Positions 46,177-59,427 of a stretch of DNA of 64,000 bases are shown piece by piece. Position 1 is the first letter of the stretch. Each line of letters starts with the position of its first letter. A program made the position numbers and the translations under genes. The DNA comes from Babesia bigemina (lineage: Eukaryota): positions 620,001 through 684,000 of the forward strand of contig NC_027219.1 in NCBI RefSeq assembly GCF_000981445.1, in the 5' to 3' direction. The notes under the pieces are model-generated. The model made no database searches, was not told the DNA's origin, and saw only the letters and a program-made list of their open reading frames with translations.

Positions 46177-48545
46177 ATGGCGAATGCTATTCTGAGCCAG
46201 AGGGACGAGATCGTCGCTGCCGTTGAGGGTCACAATGTCGTTGCCTTTTCGGGCCCAACTGAGTCCTACGCATCCTCATACATTCCTTCTTTCCTATACA
46301 AGGCGGGATTTACGTCAAGCAGCAACTGTCGAAAGAATCCTCCGCGAATATGCGTGGCTCATTCCCGTCACCAGGAAGTTAAGTCTTCCGCCGAATCTTG
46401 CTCTGTGTTGATCAACAATCCTTCCAAAGTTGCATGTCATCTGGGTTCGGCGGCTTCACTGGATTCTACGGCTGACATAGTCTACGTCACTGAGGACTGC
46501 CTGCTGCGGCGTTTGGTTGCTGACCCTCTGCTGTCAGACTACGGTGTTGTGATTCTGACTGGTCTGCAGGACCGTCTGCTGTGCACTGAGATTCTCTTGG
46601 CGCTGTTGAAGCGCATATTATCGAAGCGTTCGCGATTGCGCATCGTGTTAATTTTTGAGGGTGGCAATGTGGATGATGTATTAACCTTCTTCCGCCGACG
46701 GGCCACAGAAAAAGACACTGCGGCGGAAACATCTCCCTCATGCGGGGATGAGGTGTCAAAACCGAATCCGGGAAGCTTGCTCCCGTTGGGTGATGTTTAT
46801 CATGTCCACCTGAAATGTGACTCCATCTCGTACAAGGTGCAGTACCTATCGGCGCCTTGCCCGAATTATTTGGACGCCGCAGTATCTACAGGTGCGTTAG
46901 GCAGAGCGTTGCGATCACAACTCGCCTCAGTGTGGAGCATATGCCGAAGCGAACCATCCGGCAACGTGCTTGTCTTCGTGCCGTCTAGCGAGGAGCTGGA
47001 GCTGCTCCACACCAACCTTCTGGAGAGCGCGAAATCGTTCCGGGAACAGGGAGCAGGTAGTTTGAATGTCGTACCGCTTGGGGTCGGCGGATCTACAGAG
47101 CAACATATTAAGAAGAATCCTTATGCCTCTCGAAACATTTACATTTGCTGCGATCTCAAGGATTACCGAAGCAAAGTGGACAGCATACGTTACGTGGTCG
47201 ACTGCGGTTTCAGCCGCAGAATGGTCTCCGACCACGTTAACACCGGTTCTGTGGCCTGTACGGTCACCGCCACCCGCGACGAGATGCGGCGGCGGTCAAA
47301 CATAATTCGTGGCTCTGGGAAATGCTACCGGCTGCTAACAGAAGCCCACTTTATGGACAACAGTTTGGTGATGGAGTTCCCGATCTCCGAGATGAAGACG
47401 ACAGACCTGACTACGATGATTTTGTTCATCAAATCATTGGGTGTCGCCGACTTTTCGGATTTCGAGTTCGTGGTGCAGCCGCCCATCGATGCGATCGAGC
47501 ATGCGCTTACCACTCTGTTTCTACTCGGCGCCATTGACGGTAACGGCGATGTAGTGTATCCGTGTGGCAATGTGATGGCCGAACTTCCATACACCGCCAT
47601 GCTGTCCAATTTCCTTTATCGCAGCACCGAGCTCGGGTGCTCTGCAGAGGCGCTTACTATTTGCGCAATGCTTGAGGTGCAGGATATCGTGCTAAAGCGC
47701 GGAAATGTCAAATCGACATACCAGACTGAGCGACTACAGGCAGCCATGCGCGGATTCGCTGCTAGTGAGGGTGACCTATTTTCCTACTTCAACGTGTATC
47801 AGCTAGCGCGCTACTACCGCGACGAAGATTCCAAGTGGCTCGGAAGGTACGTTATACGTCCGATTCCAGATGCGACACCCACCTCAGGCACATGGTGAGT
47901 GGCTCCGGCATTCGTTCGGCGGAGAAGATCCGAAGCCAACTTGCGGCTTTGCTTAAGAAGTACCAGCTTCCGGAGGTGAGTGCCTTTGCCTACCTCAGAC
48001 ACGCCTTCAGGTTAGCTGTGGTGATAATTCGGCGGTGCTGCTTGAAGCCGTATTCAAGAGTTTCTTTCTGAACGTGGCGTGCAAGGAGCACTTGGTGAGG
48101 ACTCTACTGACATCTAGGCATCTAGATGTGGGTCTAAAGGTGAAGTCAAAGGTGTTGGACGATGAAGGGAACGCAATACTAACCAACGAGTTGCAGCCAT
48201 ATCTGCTAGTAGCAAGGTAAGTTAACGTGATTTGATGTTTCACCGCGGCCAGCCTTGACACTAGCAAAACCCGGCGACTCTACATCCACTCCGGCTCCTT
48301 TTTGGCGGATGAGCAACCCGATTGGGTGGTGTTCAACGAGGTAGTCCCATCCATGTTGAATTAAGCAATGCGCTGCAGTCGATGGACATCGACGGCGAGT
48401 ACTTCATGAGGGACGTCACTGCGATTCAACCAGAGTAAGTCGCTGAGCGCCTACGACAGTGAACCTTCCTATCAGATTCCTACAGAAGTATGCACCTCAC
48501 TACTATGGCGAGGTGCAGGTGCGAAGTTACCTGACGGATAACTGA
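46177..48545 (+). CDS. DEAH/RHA-family (DHX35-like) helicase with degenerate catalytic motifs
   Basis: Scaffold motifs YVTEDCLLR..DPLLSDYGVVIL, GNVLVFVP, IRYVVDCGF, GKCYRLLTE, HA2 (LFLLGAID, EGDLFSYFNVY) and OB (YIHSGSFL, PDWVVFNE). Confidence 0.85.
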
Positions 48546-48716
48546 ATAACGGTGCGCCCAGAGTCGCGGTGTGTGTGGCACGTAGATGCCTTTGACCTCG
48601 CCGCTTTATTTTTCAGAGCAAAATGTGTATTCATACATGCTTATAAGAGTGTTGCGTGGCATTCGGTTGCGCTTTGCTGATTCACTCGCTTGGTACCGCG
48701 TCGCCGTTGGCGACAG

Positions 48717-49746
48717 ATGGCTGGTCATTTTGGCCAGTCCTCAGTGGTGAAAACTGGCTTAATGGCCACTTATTTCACACTTCATAGGCCATTGTTCCAT
48801 GTGGGAGCGCGAATTCGGTGCCATTCGAGCTTAGCCGCCATTAATCGGTGGTTCGACACAGCGCCGTCACGCCGTTTTAGCAGTCGTGTCGTTCCACCCT
48901 CCCAATCGCACACACCTAAGGCTACACAAAGTCGCGATGGACGCGAAGATAAGTTCATGTACCTTCAAACCAGGTTCTCGCGCACCCCGGTTGTCAATCC
49001 GCTCAAAGAGGCGGACTCTATAGGAACTACTCTGCTCGGAGTTTTTATCGCATTGTTCGGGATCACGTTTGCCTGCGTGCCTCTTTACGAGTTCTTCTGC
49101 CAGCAATCCGGCTACATGGGCACCACTAAGAGGGTGAAGACGTACAAGCCTCCTCCGGACGGTTCGCCAGTTGTTTACTTGGTTGCGCACATAGTTTTGC
49201 AGATCGTGGCGGGCGCATGTTTGAAATTGACTTCGTGACTCATTCTCATTTGAAGTGGGATTTCAAGCCTGCGCAGCGCAGCGTGGTGATAGGGGCCGGT
49301 GAGACGACGCTTGCATTCTACACCGTGAAGAACCTCACTGACAAACCCGTGATCGGCGTGGCCGCGTATCACGTCATCCCTGACGAGGCTGGCGGCTTTT
49401 TCAACAAGATCCAATGTTTCTGTTTCGAGGAGCAAATGCTTCATCCAGGTGACTTGCCAAACGAGCCTACTAAACCTGTATAGGCGAGGAAGTTGACCTA
49501 CCGGTGCTTTTCTTTTTGGACCCCGACATTTTGAAGGACAAGCGTTTGTGTACGTGCCTTTTACGGTTTTCTCAAAATTGTGCCAGATGGTGTCGATAAG
49601 ATAACCCTGACGTACACTTTTTTCGAGGCCAATTCAGAAATTCCGCCGGAGTACACCACGTTATTAAAGCGTATGTTCGACCCATCAATATGGGCCCGCC
49701 ACATTTTGCTATAGGGAACGTCGTTGATGAAGAGGAACAAATGTAA
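48717..49746 (+). CDS. COX11: Cytochrome c oxidase copper chaperone COX11, multi-exon
   Basis: Mitochondrial-like leader, TM followed by FACVPLYEFFCQQSG, and FNKIQCFCFEEQ. Confidence 0.95.
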
Positions 49747-49776
49747 CATTTAGAGCTTATCACAAGTTTGGAGCAG

Positions 49777-50728
49777 CTACTTTTTGCTTTCTGACAGCAC
49801 GATAGGCAGCGCTATGTAGAGTGCTACGACGATAACTATGATGACCCCGAACGAGATGTACTGCACGCATATGCGTTTTCTCTCAGCGAAAAGACAGCGG
49901 TACTGCTTAACCTACCCATATCATCATATTGCGGAAGTAGTTGGCTAGGTTAGTCGACTGGTTTTGCATCTGCGCACAGATTTTCCGTACAATACCCTTA
50001 CATACCACAATAGCCTTGGTTTTGAGTGTTTGCGACATCTCTTTCAGCTGCTGCATGTTTGCGCAGTTATCGATGATCTTTTGTATAGACTCTTGCACCG
50101 CTTCTGTGGCACCTTGCACCTTTGCTTGGGCCTGCGCGGCATGTGAGTAGTTTCGCTTTCTCTTACTTTAAGCACCTTGTCGGTTTCAAACTCCATGTTG
50201 TAGCGTTTGAAGGTGCGTGCCAATTGTGCGGAGAGCGGTAGTTGCACGGTCCTGGATTTGAAATCGACTGTGCCTTTCTGATCGACCAATAGGCGCACGG
50301 TCCTCCATATTTCCTGTTACATATGGGTTAAGTACAAACTCAGGCATGCTTAGGCAGGCATATACTCGACTGGTCATGGCGTGTTAGTCAGGAAACACCC
50401 ACCTGTATCATGTTCTGAACGAGCCTTTCTGGGTAGTCCTCTGCGTTCACCATGACCAAGACTGCTAATTTGTCTTCGTCATCCGTCTGGTAGTAGATTG
50501 TGATGTTCTCTAATTGTATTTCTTGCAAGTCAGTACCAGCTGTGCAATGTGTTGGTGTATGGAGAAATGCCACATACGCTCCTTTGTCGTTGCATCCTCG
50601 TATACATGTTCCAGGCCTTCCTCTACGATAAGACCAGTGCCACGCGCTGCACTTCTAGGATAGCAGGCCAATACATGTTCTGTACTTAGGTTTATGAGCC
50701 CCGTGTACAAAAGATTTTCTTCCGCCAT
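49777..50728 (-). CDS. Longin-domain synaptobrevin/VAMP7-like SNARE, multi-exon
   Basis: Longin-like N-terminus (AEDYPERLVQNMI), SNARE heptads (AQAKVQGATEAVQESIQKIIDN) and a C-terminal TM (YISFGVIIVIVVALYIALPIVL). Confidence 0.8.
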
Positions 50729-51088
50729 GTGGTAATTTGTTGTCCTGCCTCGCAGTGTGTTTCAAACCTAATCACAGAAGTCAAGCAACGAACTAATCGC
50801 TCACCCAGAATTTAGAAGCTATACGTGACTCGCAAAAACAAAATCTACATAGCGGATACAGGCTCGCATCGTGCTGTGCTTGTATAACGTGATGCGATGC
50901 GATAATAAATTGCAACCTATACACTTCGCATCACATAAATTTTGTGTTATCCAGGCGTCCTATTTACACGTTCACTTTGCTGTTATTGCAAGAGTTATTG
51001 AGATTCTAAAGCTTAACAAACATATGAAATTTCGTCTTATGGAAAAAAATTTCGGTTCCCGAGATCCTTTTCCATTGAAGCACCAATA

Positions 51089-53015
51089 TCAACTGTCATC
51101 GAGTCTCCTATCAATCGCATCTAACTTGTTTAATAAGCCTTTTACAATGCCATGGAAGCCACATAGATCAGCATCCAACCTTAACAACTCGTTAATGGCT
51201 TTGCGCACCTTTGCGATCACTTGTAGTTCAGCATTTCGCTGATCCATTGTGGAATCGATCGGCATATCCGACCGTAATTCGACCAATTTTAGAACAAGTT
51301 CGTACAGAATGTGCAGATTGAGGTGTGATCGTTGTCGTATTTGATCGTGCCCCTGGTCTGGCGATAGGTGCATTAGTACGCAATGGTTAAAATATATGTG
51401 GCCTAGGACAATCTCCACTATACCTTCTATCCGCAATGTTATAGGGTTACCATCACCAAATGATTGCGAAACATTACGTGGCGTATCCTCCAGCATGCAT
51501 CTAAGCAACGTTTCCTTTAAGGCTTCGTTGCCAAAGTTGTGTCCGTTGATGCGATTCTCAAGTGCTTTGAAACCAGAATGTTCGAGGTTGTAACTCTGAC
51601 ATATATTTATAGTATAATTGATAATCAATGCTACGAGACAAAAGGAAGTGCATTCCGCCAATTCACTAGTAGCCTTTAGCCGCAAGGAGCTAACCCCGTG
51701 ACTCTCGGCAGGGGTGTCCACCCCCAAGACTTCATTGGTTACAATGCGGAGCATGGGCGACCCATCATGGATTAAGCCACAGTGGCTTTCTTGCGATGCG
51801 TAGATATTTTTAAATTCACTCCACAAATTCGCCATGGACACTTTGTGATATATTCCAATTGCGGATGTATACATCTTGAGATACTTCATATTTGACCATT
51901 CCAGCTCAGACAGGCACTTAGCCGCCGAATGCATGAATGTCTTGCTGTATATACGTCGTGATCGTTGTAGATACAACAATTTGATAACCTTTTCAGGAGT
52001 TAGCTGCGATAACATAGGCTCGAGCCTATTGAGCGCCACGTCGAAGAAATCCGAATCAAATGGGTCCAAGTTTAAGTTCATATTACTATCACCGACATGG
52101 CTGCAAGCTTGATTCGGATTACACGTAAGCTCACGCGTTGCGGCACGTTTGGAGGTTCTTGTCAGACGCTTTCCCATCCAGCGGCATATTTGATCATACA
52201 CCAGCAGCAGGTTGGCACATTCAAATGGTGAGTAGTCCTTTCGGAGTTCCAAATCTCGTTTGAGCTCGTCCATGATAGATGCCCATCGTTCCACACTGGC
52301 CAAGGAGCACTCCCTCGAGAGTATGCAAGTAAGGTAGTACTTCTGTGCCTTGGTTAACACTTTCTGCTCGTGTGCTTTTAACAGATGATTCAGAAGCATT
52401 TTTTGTGCCTTGACCACAAATCGCACAAGCTGATCGTTTGCGATGGCTCCGTATTTTTCGGGTATGGGCAAGTGGTGGACGGTACCACGGCAGACAGGCG
52501 CTGCGTCCACTCCGCACACAGACAGAGAGGGAGAACACGTCGTTTCAACATTTGAACCTTCATTTTCATCGCTTTTCCGATCCGCGCGACAGCGGTGCAG
52601 CGGCTTTTTTATCCTTCCCAACAGGTCCAGAATAAGGATGCATTCTCTGTTGGAGAGGAAGGTGACCTTCGTTAACAACTCTCCCAAAAGTTCTCTCGTG
52701 ACTCGATCGTAATCAACACTGTCTTCAGTGACCTGCAAGTGTATGTGTTCCATAATGGTCACGCACGTGTGCGTCTATGCGCTACGCTGACGAACGTGGC
52801 ACGTGCCTGCATACCTTGGCTAACGTTTTAGGCTCCTTCAAATCTTGCGCTGTATGAGGTGCACGTTGCCTGCCATTATACAGTTTGGAACGCAGTCTCA
52901 ACCTCTTGGCCAGCCCTTGTAGTCTAGTCAGCAAATCGACCTTCCTATTACAAAGGAAACCTTGCAGGGGATTATGATCTTTGCGGAATCGGAGTCTCCG
53001 TGTACACATGAACAT
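51089..53015 (-). CDS. Hypothetical helical protein with a basic N-terminal leader
   Basis: 557-aa ORF plus a probable upstream exon at 52782-53015. Confidence 0.65.
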
Positions 53016-53411
53016 TTCGACACAGATTCTACATATTTAATGAGTCACACATTGTAGATGATCAGGTGAATTCCATGTCTATGCGCTATTATATCGACTT
53101 TCCCCGTGATTCCACCACCGCCGCGTGCCGCGCAGTGATACGGCTTCATTCAATACATTCTCCACACCTTCCATATTTTCCAAATCTCATAATATGATAG
53201 CACCTCTAAGCAAGTGTTCACAAGGTTTTACGACCTTCGCGTAGATGATGGAAGGCAGTCATCGTCTTGTATGATACTGTGCCTCTTCCATAAGCATGAA
53301 ATCTTGGCTCAATTCCATGCGACTTCAGGCATTAGTGCTCTCCATTAACGTAGAGTACAGACACTCTATTTTCACATCGGACAATTGGCTTGAATCGGTG
53401 GGATTCTAACG

Positions 53412-54839
53412 ATGCCTCGCGCAGAGGTTGGCAGCCAGAAATGGCTGGCCAACAAGATGAAGGCCAAGGGCCTTCAGAAGCTAAAGTGGTATTGCCAGAT
53501 GTGTGAGAAGCAGTGTCGTGACGAGAATGGCTTCAAGGTGAGTTCCACCAGTCTCAACGTACCATTTGGCGTTTTCTGCAAACCTTTACAGCAGTGAGCT
53601 CTCGCCTTTTACATCACTGCCTGAGTGCCACATTCTGCATCGTATACGTTGCAATTCATGTCGGCCTGTGTGGAAATGTTAATGCTGCTGCAGTGCCACC
53701 GTCTATCCGAAGGCCACCAGCGTATGATGCAAGTGTTTTGCCAGAACGCAGGCAGGTTCATGGACGGGTTCTCGAAGGCTTTTGAACACGAATTCATGAA
53801 GCTGATGCGCACTCGTTACTGCAAAACCAAGATCCTGGCCAACTCGGTCTACCAGGAAGTGATTTCCGACAAGGAGCATGTGCACATGAACGCCACGGTG
53901 TGGGTGACGCTATCGGAGTTCGTGCTCTATCTGGGCCGAAGTGGCAAATGCAAGGTCGAGGACAGCCCTCGCGGGTGGATGATCGAGTACATAGACCAGG
54001 ACCAAATCCGCCGCGATCAGGATGCGGAGGCCCGCCGTAAGCGGGAGATATCGCTTGAGCAGCGGCACCAAAAGCTGATTCAGAAGATGATCGAGGACGC
54101 CCGTAAGCGCGGCGGTTTCCAGGAGCCCGAATACACCCCGCTAATGAAAGAGAGCGACGAGAAGCTGCGTTTCGAGACGAACCTCACCAAGCCCGTGGAG
54201 GCCGCGCCGGATAAGAAGTCCAACGTGTTCATGGAGCTGTGCAAGAAGGCGAAGTCAACTGCCGCAACTCCCACATCTGAGAGGCAAACGCCGTCCAAAG
54301 AACCCCCTCCGAAGCGCAAAACCGCAATAGAGACCCTAATGACTCTGAATGGCGCCAAGAGGCAGGCGGTCGACAAAGACGTTCCAAAAGCGACCACGCC
54401 CGCGCCCGACGCCGTAGATGCCGGTGCATCTGATAAGTGGCTGATGACCGGCATCCAGGTGCGCGTCATTCTACAATCGCATCCTTTATACAAGCACAAA
54501 TGCCGTGTGGTGAAAATTATGGGCGGGTGAGTTGTCAGTGCATCGTGTTGACCCATATACAGGGGTTCACGTGCGCTCATACAGGACATCGAGGGCTCTG
54601 GCAACTATCAAGTCGACTCGAACCACGTGGAGACTGTGATTCCTCCCGTGGGTTCCAAGGTCATGGTGTTGCGCGGGGCGCACCGCGGCCGCGCAGGCTC
54701 ACTCACTAAAACACGACCGGACGATCTGCTGGCTTCCGTGCGCCTTGACAGTAGGTTCTATTTTCCACCTGTACATCTCGTGTCAGATGGCGCCGTGCTT
54801 GACAGTGTACATTACGACGATATCAGCCGTACTGACTAG
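53412..54839 (+). CDS. KIN: KIN17 DNA/RNA-binding protein, multi-exon
   Basis: KAKGLQKLKWYCQMCEKQCRDENGFK|CHRLSEGHQR, HVHMNATVW and a C-terminal SH3/KOW-like ETVIPP. Confidence 0.96.
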
Positions 54840-54851
54840 TGGGCCCTTCTA

Positions 54852-56263
54852 TCAGTTCATTCCACGCTCGTGGCGCGACTCTTCTATTTTCCTGGCCGAA
54901 CTTTATAATTTGGATTTCGAGTTTACCTTCGCAAGTTGCTGTTGTACTGATCTATCCAGTCCCTGCCGCGTTGTGGTTTCGTACATGTGCATCGTACCTG
55001 CGGTGCTTGTAATAGTTGAACTGCCCGGTATCGTTCATCCACTTGAGTTGCTGCGAAAGTTGTGCGCCACAGCGTGATACGCATCATACCCTGCGGAAGA
55101 AGAACCGCGTGTGGGCGGTGAGGTATGGGTACCACTCCGTGATGGTTTGCGCGGGCACCCGTTTTTCGTACAACGCGGCTCGCATTTCTGCACCCATACT
55201 CTTGGGAATCTGCGGCGTCATGACTCAACGCATATCAGTACCACGTATTGGCCGCTTTCAGGTGAAAGCCATATGACCATAAGCTCCTAAATGGCCAGCT
55301 TGGGGGATTAGTACTTAAGCAGTAAAATAACACAAGCACGCTAGGTAAACACCTGGCTGCTGACCACTCACCCTGCCCAGTATGAAGATCTTCTGGTAGA
55401 ACTCGTTCATTGGCATCTCCCTGATGCGATAGACTATGGAGTTACGCCACGTGGACATGATGCCGAAGTTCCCTGGTCGATTCATTCAGATTACAACTGA
55501 ACCTACTGCACGCATGGTATTTGATTTGCTTCATTGGGGGTTTGTAGTTGATGATCATGTTTTGGATGTAGAGCCTGCTGGGGTCTCCATTGTACTGTTC
55601 GTATATTTTCTTTTGCGCATCGCTGAGCTGAATCTCATTGCGCACGGCGTAAATACAATCCACGAACCGCATTCAATATCCGGTTGGTGCGTACATTCGG
55701 CATGGCATAGAGCCAGTCGATGGCGTCCTGCAGGTGCAGATGTGTGAGCTGCGTCGGTTATGAAAATGTTTCTGTACGACTCACCAGTTTCGTATACAGC
55801 TTGAGCCGTTTTAGTCCTATCGGCAATCCGTCTATTGTGAACTCCCAGACGTTGGCACTGTGCTTGCTTTTTACCTGTAGGCGGCATGTATGACACAACA
55901 TCACAAGGCTAGAGCACGTTCCCGCGACTCACCCCTGCTTCTTCCGGATCAATGACCTTGGGCACTATGAATTGCCTTCTGTACCGCGCCCTATTGAGCC
56001 TGAAAATGAGCTTCCTTCGCCACCTGCGGGCATTGTGGAATCTCAAGTACCACCCACTCCCAGATCCCCTTCTTCCTGTAGTAGGGGTTCTTGATTTTGG
56101 CATTTTTGTTGCGCAGCCCTGGCGGAGAATGATGGTACTACGAGCTCGCCGCACCTGAGAACAATCGCGGCTCCGGTCCGATGGAAGTGGCTGCGCCGCC
56201 AGGCAGCCACCCAGCTGCCCCGAAAAGCCGGACGGGCAGCAGCGACCGGAATACGTGCAGCAT
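54852..56263 (-). CDS. Mitochondrial ribosomal protein uL22-like, many short exons
   Basis: Leader MLHVFRSLLPVRLF. Exons DAIDWLYAMP, GDPSRLYIQNMIINYKPPMKQIKYHA and IREMPMNEFYQKIF resemble the L22 core. Confidence 0.65.
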
Positions 56264-56349
56264 CTATTATCAGCAACTATATTAGGGGCACATTTTGCGA
56301 TGTATGCATCTCGAGTGTGTGCCGCGGCCCCGCCGCGGCGTGATCGGGT

Positions 56350-57048
56350 CTATACCTCGATGAACGGGCGCAGGATGTTGAGAAACAGGCGCTTTTCCTG
56401 AATATTATTGAACGTGAGCGGTATGCAATTCCCATTTTCTGAGAGATGCAACGCCACTGAGGTGCTGAAGTTCAGGCACGGGCCTTCGGTCTGTACTCGG
56501 CCGAGCTCCTCCCTGGTGTGTAGAAGCTTCTTGATGGCATCGAACTTCATTTCGCGAATCTGCAGACCGTTAGTTCGCCAAGCGACTGGGATTTGCCGTA
56601 GCCATGCGCGCCCCTCGAGCGGCGTTTCCGCTTACCTGGTCCTCACACGCAATGCGAATAATCTCTTGATCGCAGTTCACATGGAGCGTACACGACAGTT
56701 TGCTGCCATCCTGCCAACACATACAACCATTTCGCCGTGTACCAACCTCTAGCAAGACCATGACGTTGACGGAGCTCCGTAGACGGTCTCTAAAGTGCTG
56801 CTCTGCCGCAATCGTTAATTCAGCATCACGTAGGCATCTCCCATACACACATGTATACGCGGTTTGCGCCCCGATAACGATCGCCCGGCCAACCGCCAAG
56901 CACCGCCATGGGCGTCAGACAAAACAGGTACACGCGATCTACACCCACCTTCGATCTCAAACTCGTTGGCATCCTGCCTACAGTCCTCAAATGCGCAACA
57001 CGAATCGAATATGCCGAGTATTCGCCGGAACGAGAAGATGGCCGGCAT
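56350..57048 (-). CDS. IMC sub-compartment protein (ISP family, PH fold)
   Basis: GIFDSCC near the N-terminus, FRDRLRSSVNVMVLLE|DGSKLSCTLHV and VALHLSENGNCIPLTF. Confidence 0.88.
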
Positions 57049-57267
57049 TTTCAAAGTAGCGACCAGCGCAACGGCACTTATGGAGCCTTTGAGGTGCCAC
57101 GTTGCGCGTCAGGTAACGTTACGAGTTAGTGTGTGTTGTCTAATGACGCCATGCATGATTACACACCACCGTACAGTCCGGGCGGGCCGTCAGATGGGGG
57201 TCGCGCGGACGCGCCGGTGCCAGCTGTGTTCGTGATAATTCGGCTGGAGCAAATAACATATCTGCGG

Positions 57268-58795
57268 TCAATCGATATCGTCCTCGGCGTATTTCGTGTC
57301 TACGTCGACCGCCAGCCCTTTGAGCATTGCGGCGTTCAGCATGATTCCTTTGAAGAGCCTGGAGTTCTGCACATTGTCAATCACGTCACGGTTCTGTCGC
57401 CAACGGTCGCCACATCCAAAAATTTGGCTGTTTCGAGGTTCGTGCGTGCCTGGCGCTTACCTTGCATACGTGTCTACATGAGTCGATGGTCGTTTTCGAG
57501 GCCGCCGTGCGGTTCAGGTAGAACAGCGACACTGCCGCATTGTTGATGAGCATGTTCTCGCACGCGGAGACCAGCAAGCTCTCCTCCATGTCCACTCCCG
57601 ACGTGCTGCACGCGTTGTAAATGCTATAGGCTCCCTCGAAGTCCCCGCTGACCGCGCAATACATCCCGCGATAAATCTCGGCTTGCGGCGGAGCCAGCTC
57701 CATTGCGATCTCGATGTGTTTCTGCGCATTGGCGGTATCTCCGATCTGCGCAGGGCGTGAGCGGCGTCGACGCTGCTGCGTACCTGGCTGTAGAGAACAG
57801 CGAGCATGGCGTTGGTGGCGTGATCCTGTTTGGCATAGCTCTGCTGCAGCTGCATGAGCACCTCCACCGCGTCCTACAAAACTGTGCATCGCAGGCGTGC
57901 CGGACTTACGAGGTAGCGCTTCTCGCCGAGGAGCACGTCAGCCACTAACAGCCTGACGCGTATAATGCGTGAGACGGTGAGGTCGCGCGGCTGGCTACCC
58001 TCGTTGAGCTCCTTCTCCAGGTACTGCCATAGTGTGTGGAGCCTGTCCAGCGCGGTGTACGTCGATCCCACGAGGTACGGGTAGAACGAGTACATGAGGT
58101 ATAGGCTGAAGGGGCACATGCTGCCTCTGAGCGCACATTACCATATTCTGACACAAAAACGCACTTCCTGTCGCCATTGACGTCAGGGTAGCTCTCGTAC
58201 TTCCACTTGTCGCTGTACGGCGACTTGATGAGGTTCAGGTCCGAAACAATGCTCTGGTTTGCCTGCGACGGATATGACTGGAATGGCTAGGAGACCAACA
58301 TTGAGCTGTATGTTGTAGTATATGCGCATTGTCAGCACGGCGATCAGCTTCTTGGGGCTCTTCTCGTACTTCTGCGCGCGCTGTGACTGACTCGGCAGTA
58401 TCGACTAACATGGGCGAGGTCCGAGAGTATCTTGACAATCTCCTTGAACTTGTTCTTCTGGGCGAGCGCCCGTATCTCGGCGATGACCTCGCCGATCTTC
58501 TTCGCCATCTGGCCTGTTTCCGGTGCGATTGACTGCGATTCAGCCGTGGCAGTACCGCGCGCTCCACAGCCGCTCCGGGGGGCACAGGTTGCTCAGAATC
58601 GAGCGCTCTTCGCGCGCAATCCGCTTGTAGCGATACACAGTTGCTCTGGTTCGATAAATAGGCGCGGGACGTGTGTCTGCCGTTCCAACGGCTTTGGGAT
58701 GGGGTGGTACGAGGCCCTGGCGACGTGCCCGGTGCAACAGAGCTCGTTTCGCCGATTTTCTTGTCTCTTTCGCCCGCGTTAATCGCTGATGTCAT
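57268..58795 (-). CDS. TRAPPC12-like TPR protein, multi-exon; start approximate
   Basis: YESYP...CPFSLYLMYS...ALDRLHTL and LINNAAVSLFYL resemble TRAPPC12. Confidence 0.7.
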
Positions 58796-59427
58796 GTGGG
58801 AGGTAGATTTTCGTGATAATGTGCACTTTGGTTGCGTGAAATCCGTGGTATTTCGTTTGCTCAATTAAGACACGGATCGTGACGGTGACGCGTACCGCAG
58901 TGTTTTCGTGTTATTCGCTGCCCCGGGGCCTGTAATAGAGCTCGTGGTGATATATGCATTTAGTTGCCGGTTGATTCTTTCGTTTTGCGGTCATTTGGCT
59001 CCGTCTGTGACGTTGCGATTACCGATCCGTACCGCGCCGTTGGCCTGTTAAGTGATGCGCCCGCTGATTCCATGCGTAGTTGTATTCCGCGATGTGCATA
59101 GCAATTTAGGTATTAGGGCGTTCAAGTTGCCGTTCGATTTCTGTTCCACAGTGTACACTTGCCTGCAACGCCGCTGGTCGTGGTGTTTTGATAAATCTAG
59201 GTGATCCGGGGTTTTTGATTGTTATATTTAGTGTTTTTAAAACGTTGATCATGTCTTCCTAGTCTGCCTTCTATGTTGTAGCGTAGCGGCGCGTCTTGGT
59301 TTCTGTGTTGTTTTTCTTGGTGTTGCTTGTCATCGCCACCAGCCGCGAGCTGGCACAGAGTGGTACATGTACGGTCGTGTGGGCTGTTTCACATCTTGCT
59401 ACAGCTTCCGGTGACGTGGGTGTCGCG

